A stretch of 63,754 bases of DNA, filler included, from Octopus bimaculoides (taxonomy: Eukaryota), in assembly GCF_001194135.2 (NCBI RefSeq). It is 8 parts of 8 records of this genome, joined end to end, with 100 filler letters (N's around TTAATTAATTAA, not from the genome) between each part and the next. Parts side by side here need not be neighbours in the genome. Positions count along the whole stretch, not along the records: positions 28,490 to 35,623 come from NC_068985.1; positions 35,724 to 57,767 come from NC_068988.1; 6 more parts are not named here. One strand, written 5' to 3'. This document shows, piece by piece, positions 28,843 to 40,994 of the stretch. The notes under the pieces are model-generated. The model saw nothing but the letters and a program-made list of their open reading frames with translations. It did not search any database and was not told the origin of the DNA. How positions within the stretch are numbered: the first letter of the stretch is position 1; the number at the start of each line of letters is the position of its first letter. The position numbers and the translations under genes were made by a program.

Positions 28843-29349
28843 NNNNNNNNNNNNNNNNNNNNNNNNNNNNNNNNNNNNNNNNNNNNNNNNNNNNNNNNNN
28901 NNNNNNNNNNNNNNNNNNNNNNNNNNNNNNNNNNNNNNNNNATATATATATATATATATATATATACACATGTACACATTATGTATTTATCAAGATAAGC
29001 AACACTTCCAGACACGATTCCCATAGAAATGCTTTGGTTGCTTCCTTAAATAACCCCATACCACAATAAAAAAAAATACTTCTTGCTACAACACAAAACT
29101 TCCTTTTCTATCTTGCTACATATTTTTCAGTGATGCTGTATTCCTGGCTGAAAGAAACTGTATCTATAACTAAATCAAATCAATGAGATCACCACATCAA
29201 TCACTATCAGTGTGGAAGATCTCTCTCAACTTGCTCAATCAGTCTGCTAAAAATAGTAGCTAAATCTCCCTTAAATTATATTATGCCTGGAAAGAAAAAA
29301 AAGGAAAGTTGGTAATAAATAATGTAAGCCTGGATATATTTTTCTCATA

Positions 29350-29700
29350 TTTTTTGCTTGTTTCAGTCTTTGGAGTGATGGCCATTCTGGGGCACCGCCT
29401 TAAAGGGTTTTAAGTCAAACAAAACAATCCAGGCACTTATTCTTTTTCCAAGCTACTAAGGTACGAGGATGTAAACAAACCAACACTGGTTGTCAAGCAA
29501 TGCAAGTGAGAAGGAGGACAGGAACTTACATATATACAACAGGCTTCTTTTAGTTTCCCCTCTACCTAATTCAAGCACTAGGCTTTGGTCAGCACAAGGC
29601 TATACTAGAAGACACTTGCCCAAGGTGCTGCAAAGTGGGACTGAACCCAAGATCACAAGGTTGGGAAGCAAGTGCCTTAACTCCCACAGCCACATTTGCA
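29350..29700 (-). mobile_element. Diverged SINE family B copy
   Basis: Similarity to 21764-22043. Confidence 0.7.
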
Positions 29701-29799
29701 TCTAGCTGGATAGCCACGGGTAGAATGTTTTAAACAGGACAGCCATGGTTGGAATGCCTTTGATCATTGATTTGCTATGTCTGGGTTGAATGTTGGTGA

Positions 29800-30400
29800 A
29801 GCAACAATAAAAACCACCACACTGCTACTACTACTAATGGCCACCACTACTGACACCAATCTGGCTTCACTATGACCACTAGTATTACAACAACCACCAC
29901 CTATGACTACAACTAATAAATGGCCACTGCCACGACTTCTAACCCTCATGAGCTGAGAGAAGCTGTGTGGTTAATCAATGTGCTAAAAATAGCAGCTAAG
30001 ACCAAAAACAAAAAAAGCACATTGTAGCTTTTTTTACACACACACACACACAAATAAACAGGAGTGCTATGGCTGCAGTACCTATGACACTAGGTATTCT
30101 CAAACAGGATTGACTTGGAGTCAAACAAGAGCAACCATCAAGGTTACTACTACTACCACCACTGCTACTACCACCACCGCTACTACCACCACCACCACCA
30201 CTACTACCACCACCACCACTACTACCACCACTACTACTACTACTACTGCTACTACTACTGCTATCACCAACACTACCACTAACAAAAACAGCTACTATTA
30301 TTATAGTCACAGCTAACATGACCACCACCACCACCACCACAACAACAACAAAAGTACTGAAACATCAACAATACAACATTACCGCCACCGCCACCATTAC
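29800..30400. repeat. Degenerate (CTA)/(CCA) trinucleotide tracts
   Basis: Read directly from the sequence. Confidence 0.85.
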
Positions 30401-30659
30401 TACATAAATCAGATGGAGGGTGGTGAGGGGTGGGGCATATAAAGTGAATGATGGATTTTCATGCAGAGGATGGGTCCTAAGAAGAATGAGTAGTTTAGTT
30501 TCAATAAGAAGGGGAGGAGGTGAGAGTAGAGGGTTACCTTGAAGGAAAGGCGGAGCAGAGTAAGGGAGCCGACCCCATGTAAGAAAGTAGACATCCCCCA
30601 GCCCCCATGCATCCCCCGAACAAGTGCTAGTGTTTAGGGAGAAGAAAGCATGCTTTTTG

Positions 30660-30691
<32 letters not shown>

Positions 30692-31540
30692 GTGCACAAT
30701 GCACATGCACGTGCTCCATCATTCTTCCCCCACTACCCTTGTTATTGATGATGCGAAACCTCACCGCCACTATTAACCACCACCCACCCAACCGACCAAC
30801 CAACCTTCCTTTCCTGCCCATTCTTGGTTAATCAATGGGAAAGAATGGAAGAATGTGGTTTAAAGATTTGCTGCTAGAATGCATAAATGTATTTTTGTTA
30901 ATGGCGAAAACCTTGATCACCAATAAAACATCACTGAAGGATTTCTCACACAATGTTATATACTTCAGGTGATGGTGATGGGAGCTTTATACAAGAATTG
31001 ATACAATTACGCATACATTCTCCCTCCCTCCCTCTCTCTTTCTATTTCTTTCTATCTCTGTCTCTTTCTCACACGCACATATATACACACACACATGTAA
31101 AAGACAGATACATATACCTATATAAACAACATAGTTAAGTACATACATACCTATAGATGTATATATTGATTAAAGCATGTGTTATAAGATTTTTGTTTGT
31201 TTGTTTTCTACTTGTCTGATATCAACAACAAGACTTGATTGGTATTTTATGTTATTCTATTATATTTTATTTTATTTTTATTTTATCTACACTGGAAAAA
31301 TGAAAGGCAAAGTTGACCTAGACAGAGAGGGATTTTAAGATCAGAATGTAAAGGAGTACAACTGAATGAGCACTACAAGGTATACTGTCTGATGCCCTAC
31401 CAATTCTGCTAGATAGCGTTCCATATAATTAACACCAGTGAAGGCTGATAAATGTACATGTGATCTTTCTAATTAATGTTTCGTGTGTGCAATCAATATA
31501 AAAGTGTGCTTGTATGAATGAATCAGTGTGTGCGTGTGTG

Positions 31541-32260
31541 CATCATCATCCTCATCGTCATTTAAGATCCGTTTTCCATGTTGGCATGGGTTGGACAGTT
31601 TGTCTGTTCTGGCAAAGTTTCTATGGCTGGATGCCCTTCCTAATGCCAAAAACTCCACAGAGTGTACTGGGTGCTGTTAATGTGGCACCCGCACAAGTGC
31701 TTTTTAATGTGACACCAGCATGAGTGCTTTTAATGTAGCACCAGAGCAAGTGCCTTGAATGTGGAACCAGCACAAGTGCTTTGAATGTGGCACCAGCACG
31801 AGTGCTTTGAATGTGGCACCAGCACAAGTGCTTTTCATGTTGCACCAGCACAAGTGCTTTTCATGTTGCACTAGCACAAGTGCTTTTCATGTGGCACCAG
31901 AACAAGTGCTTTTCATGTGGCACCAAAACAACTGCTTTTCATGTGGCACCAGCACGAGTTCTTTTAATGTGGCACCAGAACAAGTGTTTCTAATGTGGCA
32001 CCAGAACAAGTGCTTTTCATGTGGCACCAGAACAAGTGCTTTTCATGTGGCACCAGCATGAGTGTTTTAAATGTGGCACCAGCAGCACCAGCATCAATTC
32101 TGCTGTGGCAGACAGGTCTACTTGTGTACAGCAATGCACCAGATATCTCGGCCCTTAGTCATCTCCTTTATAAGGCTCAGTGTCTTGAGATTGTCCTTCA
32201 ATACTTCGTCCCATCTTTTCTTGGGTCTCCCTCATCCACAAGTTCCATTATATAAAACAT
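31541..32260 (-). mobile_element. RTE LINE 3' end: ORF C-terminus, 3' UTR with an expanded minisatellite, and (GAT)n tail
   Basis: GRPRKRWDEVLKDNLKTLSL..GRDIW at 32100-32260; UTR motif GGCATTAGGAAGGGCATCCAGC; GATGATGATG tail. Confidence 0.75.
31680..32085. repeat. 26-bp minisatellite, about 15 copies, consensus ATGTGGCACCAGCACAAGTGCTTTTC
   Basis: Units read directly. The 26-aa periodicity of the track ORFs equals three units, and each unit contains the hairpin AGCAC-AA-GTGCT. Confidence 0.9.
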
Positions 32261-32450
32261 ACACATCTCTTTTACTTGTTTTACTCATCTTGAAGAGTTT
32301 AGTAGGACAAGATACCCCAAGACTTATTTGTAGTTTGGTAATTTATTCTGTGAGCCTCTTCTGTTTAACTGCTAAGTTACAGGGACATAAACAAACCCAC
32401 AAAGGTTGCCAAGTGAGGAGAGGGAAGACACAAACACAAAGGGAAGCAAG

Positions 32451-32482
<32 letters not shown>

Positions 32483-33659
32483 CACATCATGGGTACTGTC
32501 AAATTTTTCTATCCAAAGGGTTTTCTAACCCAATATTTACACTATTATTTATAGCTTAATCTGCTTGAGAGATTGAGAGAGAGAGGTAAAGAAAGAGAGA
32601 AACAGAGTGAAAAAGAAAGAGAGAGAGAGAGATATACACATACACAAATACACAATGGGCTTCCATACAGTTTCTGCCAACCAAATTCACTCACAAAGTA
32701 TTGGTTAGTTCCAGACTAAGCTAAAATAAAAGTGCTCTACAGTTGAACCTAAAACTATGCAGTCACAAAGTAAGCTTCTTAACCAGAGCCATGCCTGTAA
32801 TAAGCCTTCTTTTTATTCTTTTACTGTTTCAAGCTCTAAGACTGCGACCATGCTGGAGCACTACTATGCAATTGATACTCTTTTACAACTCCCCTTTGGT
32901 AGTTTTGGCTTATGGTAAATGCAGTAGTTTAAAGCTGGTCCCCTCAGTTACATCTCTTACTATAGCATTGGTGAATCCAGGATCACAGAGAGCGGAGAAT
33001 CTTGGCAATTCTCAAACACATTTCACGTAAGTTTTTCAATTTCTTTGGCATGCTACTGAAAGAACTGTGGGCCTTGTTGAACCTTAAACCTGTTGCAGTA
33101 TATGGCCCTGATTTTCAACGGGGATGATGATGATGATGATGGTGGTGGTGATGACAAACCTTCATTTTGATCTTTTTCCATCCCTTGCACCACCCAACCC
33201 CAACTGTTATCCTACACAAACATGGTTCCTGTTTCAAATTTATATGTAATTCATTGTTATTTTTTTTTATACTATAGATATAAATAGATATAAACAAACA
33301 CACACACAGTTATTTAGTCATAAATATCCAATCACATAAGCATACATAACATTTAACCAAAGTTTGTTCCACAACTAAAGCACCTTTTAGGCATTATAAT
33401 TGGAAACCATAAACACAACAAATATACAAACACAGGCATATACACACAGGTCAAACAAACACAAGATCCACCCATAAACATGTACATCCCCCCCCCCACA
33501 CACTCACACAAAAGTGCAAAACCAATACACAGTGACCTTCAACTATACACACATACATACGCACACAATGTAATGTACATCGTCTACCAGACTGAGAATA
33601 CAAATATAAAAAACGAATTAAACACAGAAGCTTTCTAAATTGATATTACTACTAGTGAG

Positions 33660-33855
33660 ACGTGGTGTGCTGGCAGAACCGTTAGCACACCGGGTAAGAT
33701 GCTTAGTGGCATTTCATCTGTCTTTACGTTCTGAGTTCAAATTCTGCTGAGGTTGACTTTGCCTTTTTTTTACCTTTCAGGGGCTGATGAAATAAGTACC
33801 AGTTGAGCATTAACATCAATGTAATCAATTAGCACCCTAAAATTTCAGGCCTTCT
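33660..33855 (+). mobile_element. SINE family A copy
   Basis: GCTGGCAGAACCGTTAGCAC..GTTCTGAGTTCAAATTCTGCTGAGGTTGACTTTGCC. Confidence 0.8.
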
Positions 33856-34200
33856 AACTTAGAGAAGTTAGTTATAGACCGAATGTCGTTATGTATCCTC
33901 AGGTCAGCCCAAGTTAAGACAGTTCAGCCATGACCTTTCCAGAACTATTTAGGATAAACAATGTGCTGAGAGTGAAGCTGTATTCTATCTCTGAATGGAG
34001 GCATTGATGACTCACCAAGCAGTGAAACAGCTTTGTAGGTATTTCAACTCTTTTCACTGCAACACTGCCTGGGATCACCTATTGATACAAACAATAAAAC
34101 TCTTCACATCTTAAGCAAGTGTCTTCTACTACTATAGTTCTGGACTTACCAATGGCCTTGTGTGTAAATTTTGTAGACAGAAACTGTGTGGAAGCCCATT

Positions 34201-34605
34201 CAGGTGTGGCTGTGTGGCAAGAAGTTAACTTCCCAACCACATGGCTCTAGGTTCAGTCCCACTGTAAGGCACCTTGCGCAAGTGTCTTCTACTATAGCCT
34301 TGGGTTGATCAAAGCCTTGTGAGTGGATTTGGCAGATGGAAACAGAAAGAAGCCTGTCATATGTATATATATATATATATATATATCATTGTGTATCTTT
34401 GTGTCTGTGTTTGTCCTCATCACCATCACTTGACAACTGATGTTATTGTATTTACATACCCTGTAACTTAGTGGTTCGGCAAAAGGGACCAACAGAATAA
34501 GTACTAGGCTTAAAAAGAATAAGTCCTGGGGCTGATTTGTTCCACTAAAACCCCTTGAGGTGGTGCTTCAGCATGGCTGCATTCAAATGACTGACACAAG
34601 TAAAA

Positions 34606-34608
<3 letters not shown>
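34201..34608 (+). mobile_element. Near full-length SINE family B, preceded by a partial copy (34113-34200)
   Basis: tRNA-like head, CORE-like block, internal (TA)n, and 3' AGCATGGCTGCATTCAAATGACTGACACAAGTAAAAGA. Confidence 0.85.
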
Positions 34609-34661
<53 letters not shown>

Positions 34662-34664
<3 letters not shown>

Positions 34665-35070
34665 AGTTGCGCTGGGCCGGCCATGTCATCAGCATGAGTG
34701 ATGAAAGAAGACCCAAAGTCTTCATGTACAGCCAGCTTGATAGTGGGTACAAGAATATTGGTTGACCATGCCTTAGATATAAGGACAAGCTGAAGAGTAA
34801 CCTCATAGAAATGAAGATCGCTCTAAGGTTGTTCGCTCAAAGGTGCTGTGAGCTAACAAAATGGAGATCATTGTGTCAAAATGGTATAAGAAACTTTGTT
34901 GCAACCAGCATTAACAGGCTTTGGGGTCCAAGGCAAACGGAAAAAAGCGGCTGCAAAATATACCACTTGTACTGACCCGTAATCCGCATACTTGCAGGAT
35001 CTGTGGACTTCTTTGCAAATCGTTGGTGAGACTTAAATGGCACATTCAACATAAGCCTTATGACTGACAA
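34662..35070 (+). mobile_element. RTE/BovB-like LINE C-terminus with a terminal C2H2-like motif
   Basis: QLRWAGHVISMSDERRPK..YKDKLKSNL..WRSLC, followed by TCRICGLLCKSLVRLKWHIQH. Confidence 0.7.
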
Positions 35071-35164
35071 AGAAAGAGTAGGTTGTCAGATCCTCATATA
35101 TCGAAACCAACAGGAGAGTCCATCACACACACACATNNNNNNNNNNAGAGAGAGAGAGAGCATT

Positions 35165-35378
35165 ATATGTGTCTTTGTGTTTGTCTCTTCTTTACCACTT
35201 GACAACCAGTGTTGGTTTGTTTATGTCCACATAACTTGACAGTTTGGCAAATGAAGCCAATAGAGTAAGTACGAGATTTAATAAAAACACAAGTACTGGG
35301 GTTGACCTGTTTTACTAGACTGAAGCTCTTCAAAGACAGTAGTACTCCAGCATGGTCACAGACGAATGAGTGAAACAG
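35165..35378 (+). mobile_element. SINE family B, 3' half
   Basis: CACTTGACAACCAGTGTTGG..GGGGTTGACC..CCAGCATGGTCACAG. Confidence 0.7.
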
Positions 35379-35723
35379 AAGATTATAATTGTTCACATTT
35401 TGTTGATGTTGCTGTTGTTGTTATTTGTAGTTGCTATTGGTTATATACTATTGTTCCTGTTGCAGTTGTTACTCGCACCCACCTAGCCGGGAACTCTTTG
35501 ACTTTCTCCCTTTCTCTCTGTGATTTTTATGAAACAACAAAGAGAGAAGAAAAAAATAGCAAAAACACACACAACAAAAAGCAAGGTGTGGAGACTATTG
35601 TAAGCATTTTCTATTAAGTTGATNNNNNNNNNNNNNNNNNNNNNNNNNNNNNNNNNNNNNNNNNNNNTTAATTAATTAANNNNNNNNNNNNNNNNNNNNN
35701 NNNNNNNNNNNNNNNNNNNNNNN

Positions 35724-36086
35724 CACATGGTCAGCTGTATGTTGGATGTTCTAGAGTTGGAGATGAAAAGAACCTCTACATTCTCAGTGATAAACATGGC
35801 AAGACAGAAAACATAGTATATGAAGAAGCACTTACATGAATAGCATGTACATGTCATATACAAAAGTGTAAAACCATTGAGTGTTAAAGTAAGTATTACT
35901 ATTACACTTTCACTTTTCGACTGACATGCGTCAATGTATATCTGTGTATATAACAGTGAAACAATAATGTGGTATATTCGCTGTGTGAATTTTTTTCATT
36001 TAATCCCCATTTTAATTATCGTAAAAGTTTCCAAGTACCAATAAGCAACAATTTTATTCCCGGGCAACGCCGGGTGGCTCTGCTAG
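35724..36086 (+). mobile_element. Helitron 3' end: helicase C-terminus and terminal hairpin-CTAG
   Basis: HGQLYVGCSRVG...KTENIVYEEALT* (35726-35839) is the PIF1-like RepHel C-terminus. Hairpin CCCGG-gcaacg-CCGGG (36059-36074), then CTAG|T at 36083-36087. Confidence 0.85.
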
Positions 36087-36099
36087 TATAATATAATAT

Positions 36100-36438
36100 A
36101 ACAAATAATTAAAACAAATATATATGTCTTACAGTTTATTTCGATTTATATCCACTAGCGAATTTATAAAAAAAAATTTATTGCATATGAATCTCGTCAG
36201 GGTAATATTTGTCTAAAAAAATAGACAAAAAATTCATGCAAGGACTGCGAAATCGTAATTATTTAGCAGTCATTTTATGAAATTATTGTCTAATTTTTAG
36301 AGAAATATTACCTTGATGAGATTCATATACATAAAAGTGAATTTTTCATTAATTCACTAGTGGATATGAGTCGAAACAAATTGTAGAATATCTTTTTATT
36401 TTAATTATTTAATTGTTTAATTATTTTAATTATTTGTT
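36100..36438. mobile_element. Fully palindromic AT-rich fold-back (MITE-like) element
   Basis: Left and right halves are reverse complements along their length, e.g. TTTCGATTTATATCCACTAGCGAATT / AATTCACTAGTGGATATGAGTCGAAA and ATATGAATCTCGTCAGGGTAATATTT / AAATATTACCTTGATGAGATTCATAT. Loop is about 17 nt. Confidence 0.75.
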
Positions 36439-36440
36439 CT

Positions 36441-36718
36441 AGGCGCAGGAGGGGCTGTGTGGTAAGTAGCTTGCTTACCAACCACATGGTTCTGGGTTCA
36501 GTCCCACTGCGTGGCACCTTGCGCAAGTGTCTTCTATTATAGACTCGGGCTGACCAAAGCCTTGTGAGTGGATTTGGTAGACAGAAACTGAAAGAAGCCC
36601 GTCGTATATATGTATATATATATGCATGTGTGTGTATATGTTTGTGTGTCTGTGTTTGTCTCCCATCCCAACATGGCCGCAGTTAAATGACTGAAACAAG
36701 TAAAAGAGTAAAAGAGTA
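36441..36718 (+). mobile_element. SINE family B, internally deleted
   Basis: AGGCGCAGGAGGGGCTGTGTGGTAAGTAGCTTGCTTACCAACC...AAATGACTGAAACAAGTAAAAGAGT. Confidence 0.85.
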
Positions 36719-36894
36719 TATTATATTATATCTTATATATATAATTAACTTCCTATAAATACATTACTAGTCTTATGTTTAAGGCGTGATTCTTTTACGG
36801 AAATATGATCCACTGACGATACATATGAACACATACACACATAAGCGTTTTGTATGTATAAACATATATCTATACAGGTATACATTTAATACTA

Positions 36895-37170
36895 ATAAAT
36901 GGAAAAGTGACAAGGCGCGAGATTTGAGGACTATGGTGGCTGTTAGACCTGGGGAATGATGTGCCTAGTCAAAACCTGATACGCAATCTTGGCATTCATG
37001 CGTCTCATATCCAAATCTTCAGTGATAATGGACTGAACTGAATCGTAACTGATCTGCACATCTTCTGATAACTCAGGGATGGTGATTCGACGATTTCCCC
37101 TCACAACTGCGTGCACAACTGCGATGTTTAACTCAGTTCTGTTGGTTGCGGGTTTCCAAGAACGTTCGCC
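36895..37170 (-). mobile_element. Internally deleted mariner transposase remnant
   Basis: NRRITIPELSEDVQISYDSVQSIITEDLDMRRMNAK (HTH region), followed by QPP*SSNLAPCHF (YSPDLAPxD motif). Confidence 0.75.
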
Positions 37171-37224
37171 ACTATTTACATTATTTACATTTGACAGATA
37201 TCTGTACTTATTATACTTGTTGTT

Positions 37225-37270
37225 AACATAACGTTTCGGCTGACGTACCCTCCAGCCCTCATCAGGTGTA
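37225..37270 (-). ncRNA. Minimal type I hammerhead ribozyme motif, family 1, intact core
   Basis: ATACAC CTGATGA G GGCTG-gagggtacgt-CAGCC GAAAC GT T ATGTT. Core and stem II are intact, stem III is the palindrome ACGT, and the first stem I pair is mismatched. Confidence 0.7.
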
Positions 37271-37317
37271 TTGGGGAAATTTCGAACCTGGGTTCTCATT
37301 CCTAAGGTATTGTTCGA

Positions 37318-37391
<74 letters not shown>

Positions 37392-37471
37392 TGTCCGTAG
37401 GCATATGGCTTAGTGGCTAAGAACGCGGGTTACTAACACCAAGATTCCGAGTTCGATTCCAAGTGGTGACT

Positions 37472-37504
<33 letters not shown>

Positions 37505-37551
37505 TCGAACAATACCTTAGGAATGAGAATCCAGGTTCGAAATTTCCCCAA

Positions 37552-37597
37552 GACACCTAATGAAGGCTGGAGGATATATCAGCCGAAACATTGTGTT
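37552..37597 (+). ncRNA. Hammerhead motif, family 1, probably inactive
   Basis: GACAC CTAATGA A GGCTG..CAGCC GAAAC AT T GTGTT; G5A and stem III changes. Confidence 0.6.
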
Positions 37598-38294
37598 AAC
37601 AACAAACAAGACGAGGACAAATATCCGTCAAATGTAAATAATGTAACTTTGCTTTTACCACAATTTTACTTTAATAAAAAAATCAGATATAGGCAATTCC
37701 GAATCATTTTGCACTATTTCTCTCTTCCGTTCACTCACTGTCTCTTTCTCTCTCACTATCTGTCTCTCTCTCTCTTTCACACACACACACATACGTACGC
37801 ACACATTAATTGACAAAGAGCAAACAATATATATGTATTACTTGGTAGATAATTACTAATGTTATAATGTCATTTTCATCTATGATTATCTTTTTCTTCA
37901 CCTAAATGTTTTAAGATCTTTATTTTAAGACAGATATTAAGTGTCGAGGATCGTATGAAACATTAATATAGCAAATGAAAGAAATGGATGATTAGGAATT
38001 TTATTAGCAATTTCACAATTCCAAATGTTCTATACAGTCGTGTTTTCAAGGACAGAAAATTTATGCAAACTTAACTTATGTAGACGACATAAGTATTCAT
38101 TACCTCAGCTGACTAGAACAACATGTATGAATAATAAACGAGATCCTGCTACTTGTAAAAACATTATTAATATTATTAAACCTTGGGAGAGGCATTATGC
38201 CGGTAATAAACATATAATATTATTGATATTGATTTCAAATTTTGATACAAGTCCTGCAAGTTTCAAGAAGGAAATGAGTCGTTTGCATCGATTC

Positions 38295-38665
38295 CTGTAT
38301 TCTTCTGGTGCTTATTTTATCGATACCGAAAAGATGAAAGGCAAAAATGATCTCAGTGGAATTTGAACTCAGGACAAAAGGCCGCTAAGTATTTTTTTCC
38401 GGCCATACTAACGATTCTGCTAGCTCACCGCTTAACATTGTTTAATAATTGTAAGAAATTAAGGTGGCGAGCTGGAAGATTTGTTTAGCACGCCGAGCAC
38501 AATGCATAACGGTATGTCCTCCGTCTTTACGGTCTGAGTTCAAGTTCCTCCGTGGGCAACTACGCCTTTCATCCTTTCGGGATCAATGAAATAAGTACTA
38601 CTTGAGCACTGGGGACGATGTAATCGACTTACTTTCTCCCCTTATATTTCTAACCTTTTGCCAAT
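38295..38665. mobile_element. Head-to-head pair of family A SINEs (minus 38295-38433, plus 38461-38665)
   Basis: Both similar to family A, in opposite orientations, about 30 bp apart. Confidence 0.7.
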
Positions 38666-40994
38666 ATATGTAGGAAAATGCAATTCTTTCGTAAGTTAGT
38701 CGATAGGGATTTATATTAAGTTTGAATATTATTATATTAACTGTTTTAATTGAGCCGATAATTGGTTCGTTGGTGCATTATCTTGGTATTTTTTCAACGA
38801 CAATTTTGTTCACATATGCATGCATTATTGAGTTAAAAATAAATATTCCTCCCATGAATTTGAATTACAAAACAACACCTGTTAAAATATAAAATTGGCT
38901 AGTTCTCATTCGATCTCAGACCTTTACAAATTCAAGATATTTCGCACTTCAAATTGAAAATGTTTTTTCTAGAGGCGCGTCTTTTTTGAGAACCTACCCA
39001 AGGACATTCAGTTTGCTATCAGATGTTATGCAACGTGAAAACATAAATCATTTTCCCCAATTTATCCTAAATGCAGTTTCCATAACCAAAAGTAGATCAT
39101 AAACAAAACAAAAACAAACAAATTTCAATTATCGAATTGCTAATGATATTTGCCAACCAGTCCGAGCCATACATTCATGCCTATTGTTTCAATGCATATT
39201 ACTACCAGAAATTCTCAAGTGTCTGCTTCTATTTAACAATCAGGTCAAGGAAAAATAAAACTGGCTTTAACATTTTAAATAATCAGCCTTGACCTGGGAA
39301 CCAACCAAAACGCTGCAATAAAGCTAAAATTTCTGTCTTTGTTTTCCGGATGTAAATACAAGATGAGAAAAATAACATCAAAAGCATTCTACTTCCTCTT
39401 TCTCTTGTTCAAATCGTTGTTAATCAAAGATACCCAAAACATATACCAACGCACGAATCATTGGCTCAATTATAACAGTTAATATAGTTAGATATATACA
39501 TCCAATATTTAAACTTTATATAAACTTCTATAAACTGACGAAATTACTGAATCTTGATACGAATATTAAACAATATTTTACAAGCATCAGAATCACATTT
39601 ATTATTTATACATGTTATTCTCCTCAGCTGAGACACCGAATTCTAATGTTGTCTTCAAGAGCAAAGTTTGAATTCTCTGTTCTTGGAAATGCAATTGTAT
39701 GGAACATTTGAAATTGTAAAATTGCTAATAAAATTCTTTATCGTCTATCTGTTTCATTTGATACATTTCATATGAACTTTATCTTTAAAATGAAGATCTT
39801 AAAATATTTTGGGGAGAAAAGAAATAATTTGATATATTGGGATGACATTACAGCGTTAGTAATTATTTGGCAAATAATACATATATATATATTGTTTGCT
39901 TTTTGTTAATTTTAATCATGATGTTATTGATTTGGTTGCAGATTTTAATAAGAGCTGGTATACCTGAAGATAGCATTGTATTTATTCTTCTGAAAATTTG
40001 TGGGAATCGACACTCTGTGGAGAGGGAGAGTCTTCATAACGTTGTTATATTTACTTAATGGTTTTCATGATTTTAGCTTGAATACCGCTTAAGTTGAAAC
40101 TACATATCATCTTTTAGGCGTTACATAAAACGCAGCCCAGTCAAATATTATAAGATTTCTGAACATTTGTAACTATGTGATGGTATTAGAAATTAAAATT
40201 TTATCAGAATCAATAAAAATCAGGATGTATTCTGAGTGGTATTCTGCCCTGTATCTACTGAGATTAAGTTTATTTTTTTCCAAAATAAATTTTCTCTTCC
40301 ATCCTTCTTTGATCGATAAAATAAAGTTCCAGTCAAGTACATAGATTCATTTCTGTATCTGTATATGAGTGCGCATATACGCATGTTAATTCATTTTCTT
40401 TTTTTTTTTTTTTTTTTTTTTTTGTTTTGGTGAATGCGGGATTAAAGTTTTTAACTTTCCACAGCTGTTATTGCATTACCCATAAAAAACGAGTGAAATG
40501 TAGATTTGATGTAAATGGATTAAACCAGCAGTTTCAGGAGAATCAATTACCTAATATTAGGTTAGAAAGAAAATTCTTTTGCCAAGTTAAAAATACTGTT
40601 TTGGTTGTAATTGATACATTTATGAGGAAAGTATTTCCTTTAATCATTGAAAAAAATTATCCAATGTATTTGGAAATTGTTGATCCTTCGGGTGTCAAAT
40701 TCTTCAGATTGCGGAACAAATACACAATAGAAGTTTTAACGTTGTTGCAATTAAACTGTTTTCCTCTAAATAATGCTGCAAATGTCTAAAAAGGTGATAG
40801 TCTGAGCATGGGTAGGAGAGTAACGAGGATGGGGTTGAACTTTCATATTCCATCGTGTACCATTATATTTTCCGGAGAGATTTGGGCAATAAGTGATCTT
40901 GTATTAACGTGTAAAAGCAACACTCTTTTTCGATGGCCCTATGATGATGTTTTTTTTTTCTGAAGATGTTTGTACAATGTTTCCAGTCGACGAC

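Larger units (their letters stand above)
37175..37646. mobile_element. Fold-back element: two inverted Penelope-type terminal repeats, each with a hammerhead motif, around a tRNA-like Pol III cassette
   Basis: 37175-37387 is the reverse complement of 37474-37646, including the (TTA)n/(TAA)n tracts. The loop has an A box TGGCTTAGTGG (37406-37416) and a B box GAGTTCGATTCC (37449-37460). Confidence 0.8.

Noticed and set aside
31680-32085. CRISPR-like array with palindromic repeats
   Set aside because: The units are contiguous with no unique spacers, there are no cas genes, and the context is a eukaryotic LINE UTR.
37390-37470. Functional tRNA gene
   Set aside because: A and B boxes are present, but I could not fold a convincing acceptor or anticodon stem. 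Treated as a SINE-type head; the same applies to the other SINE heads.
40427-40789. 120-aa ORF
   Set aside because: No recognisable motif or splice support; AT-rich chance ORF with a TTG start.
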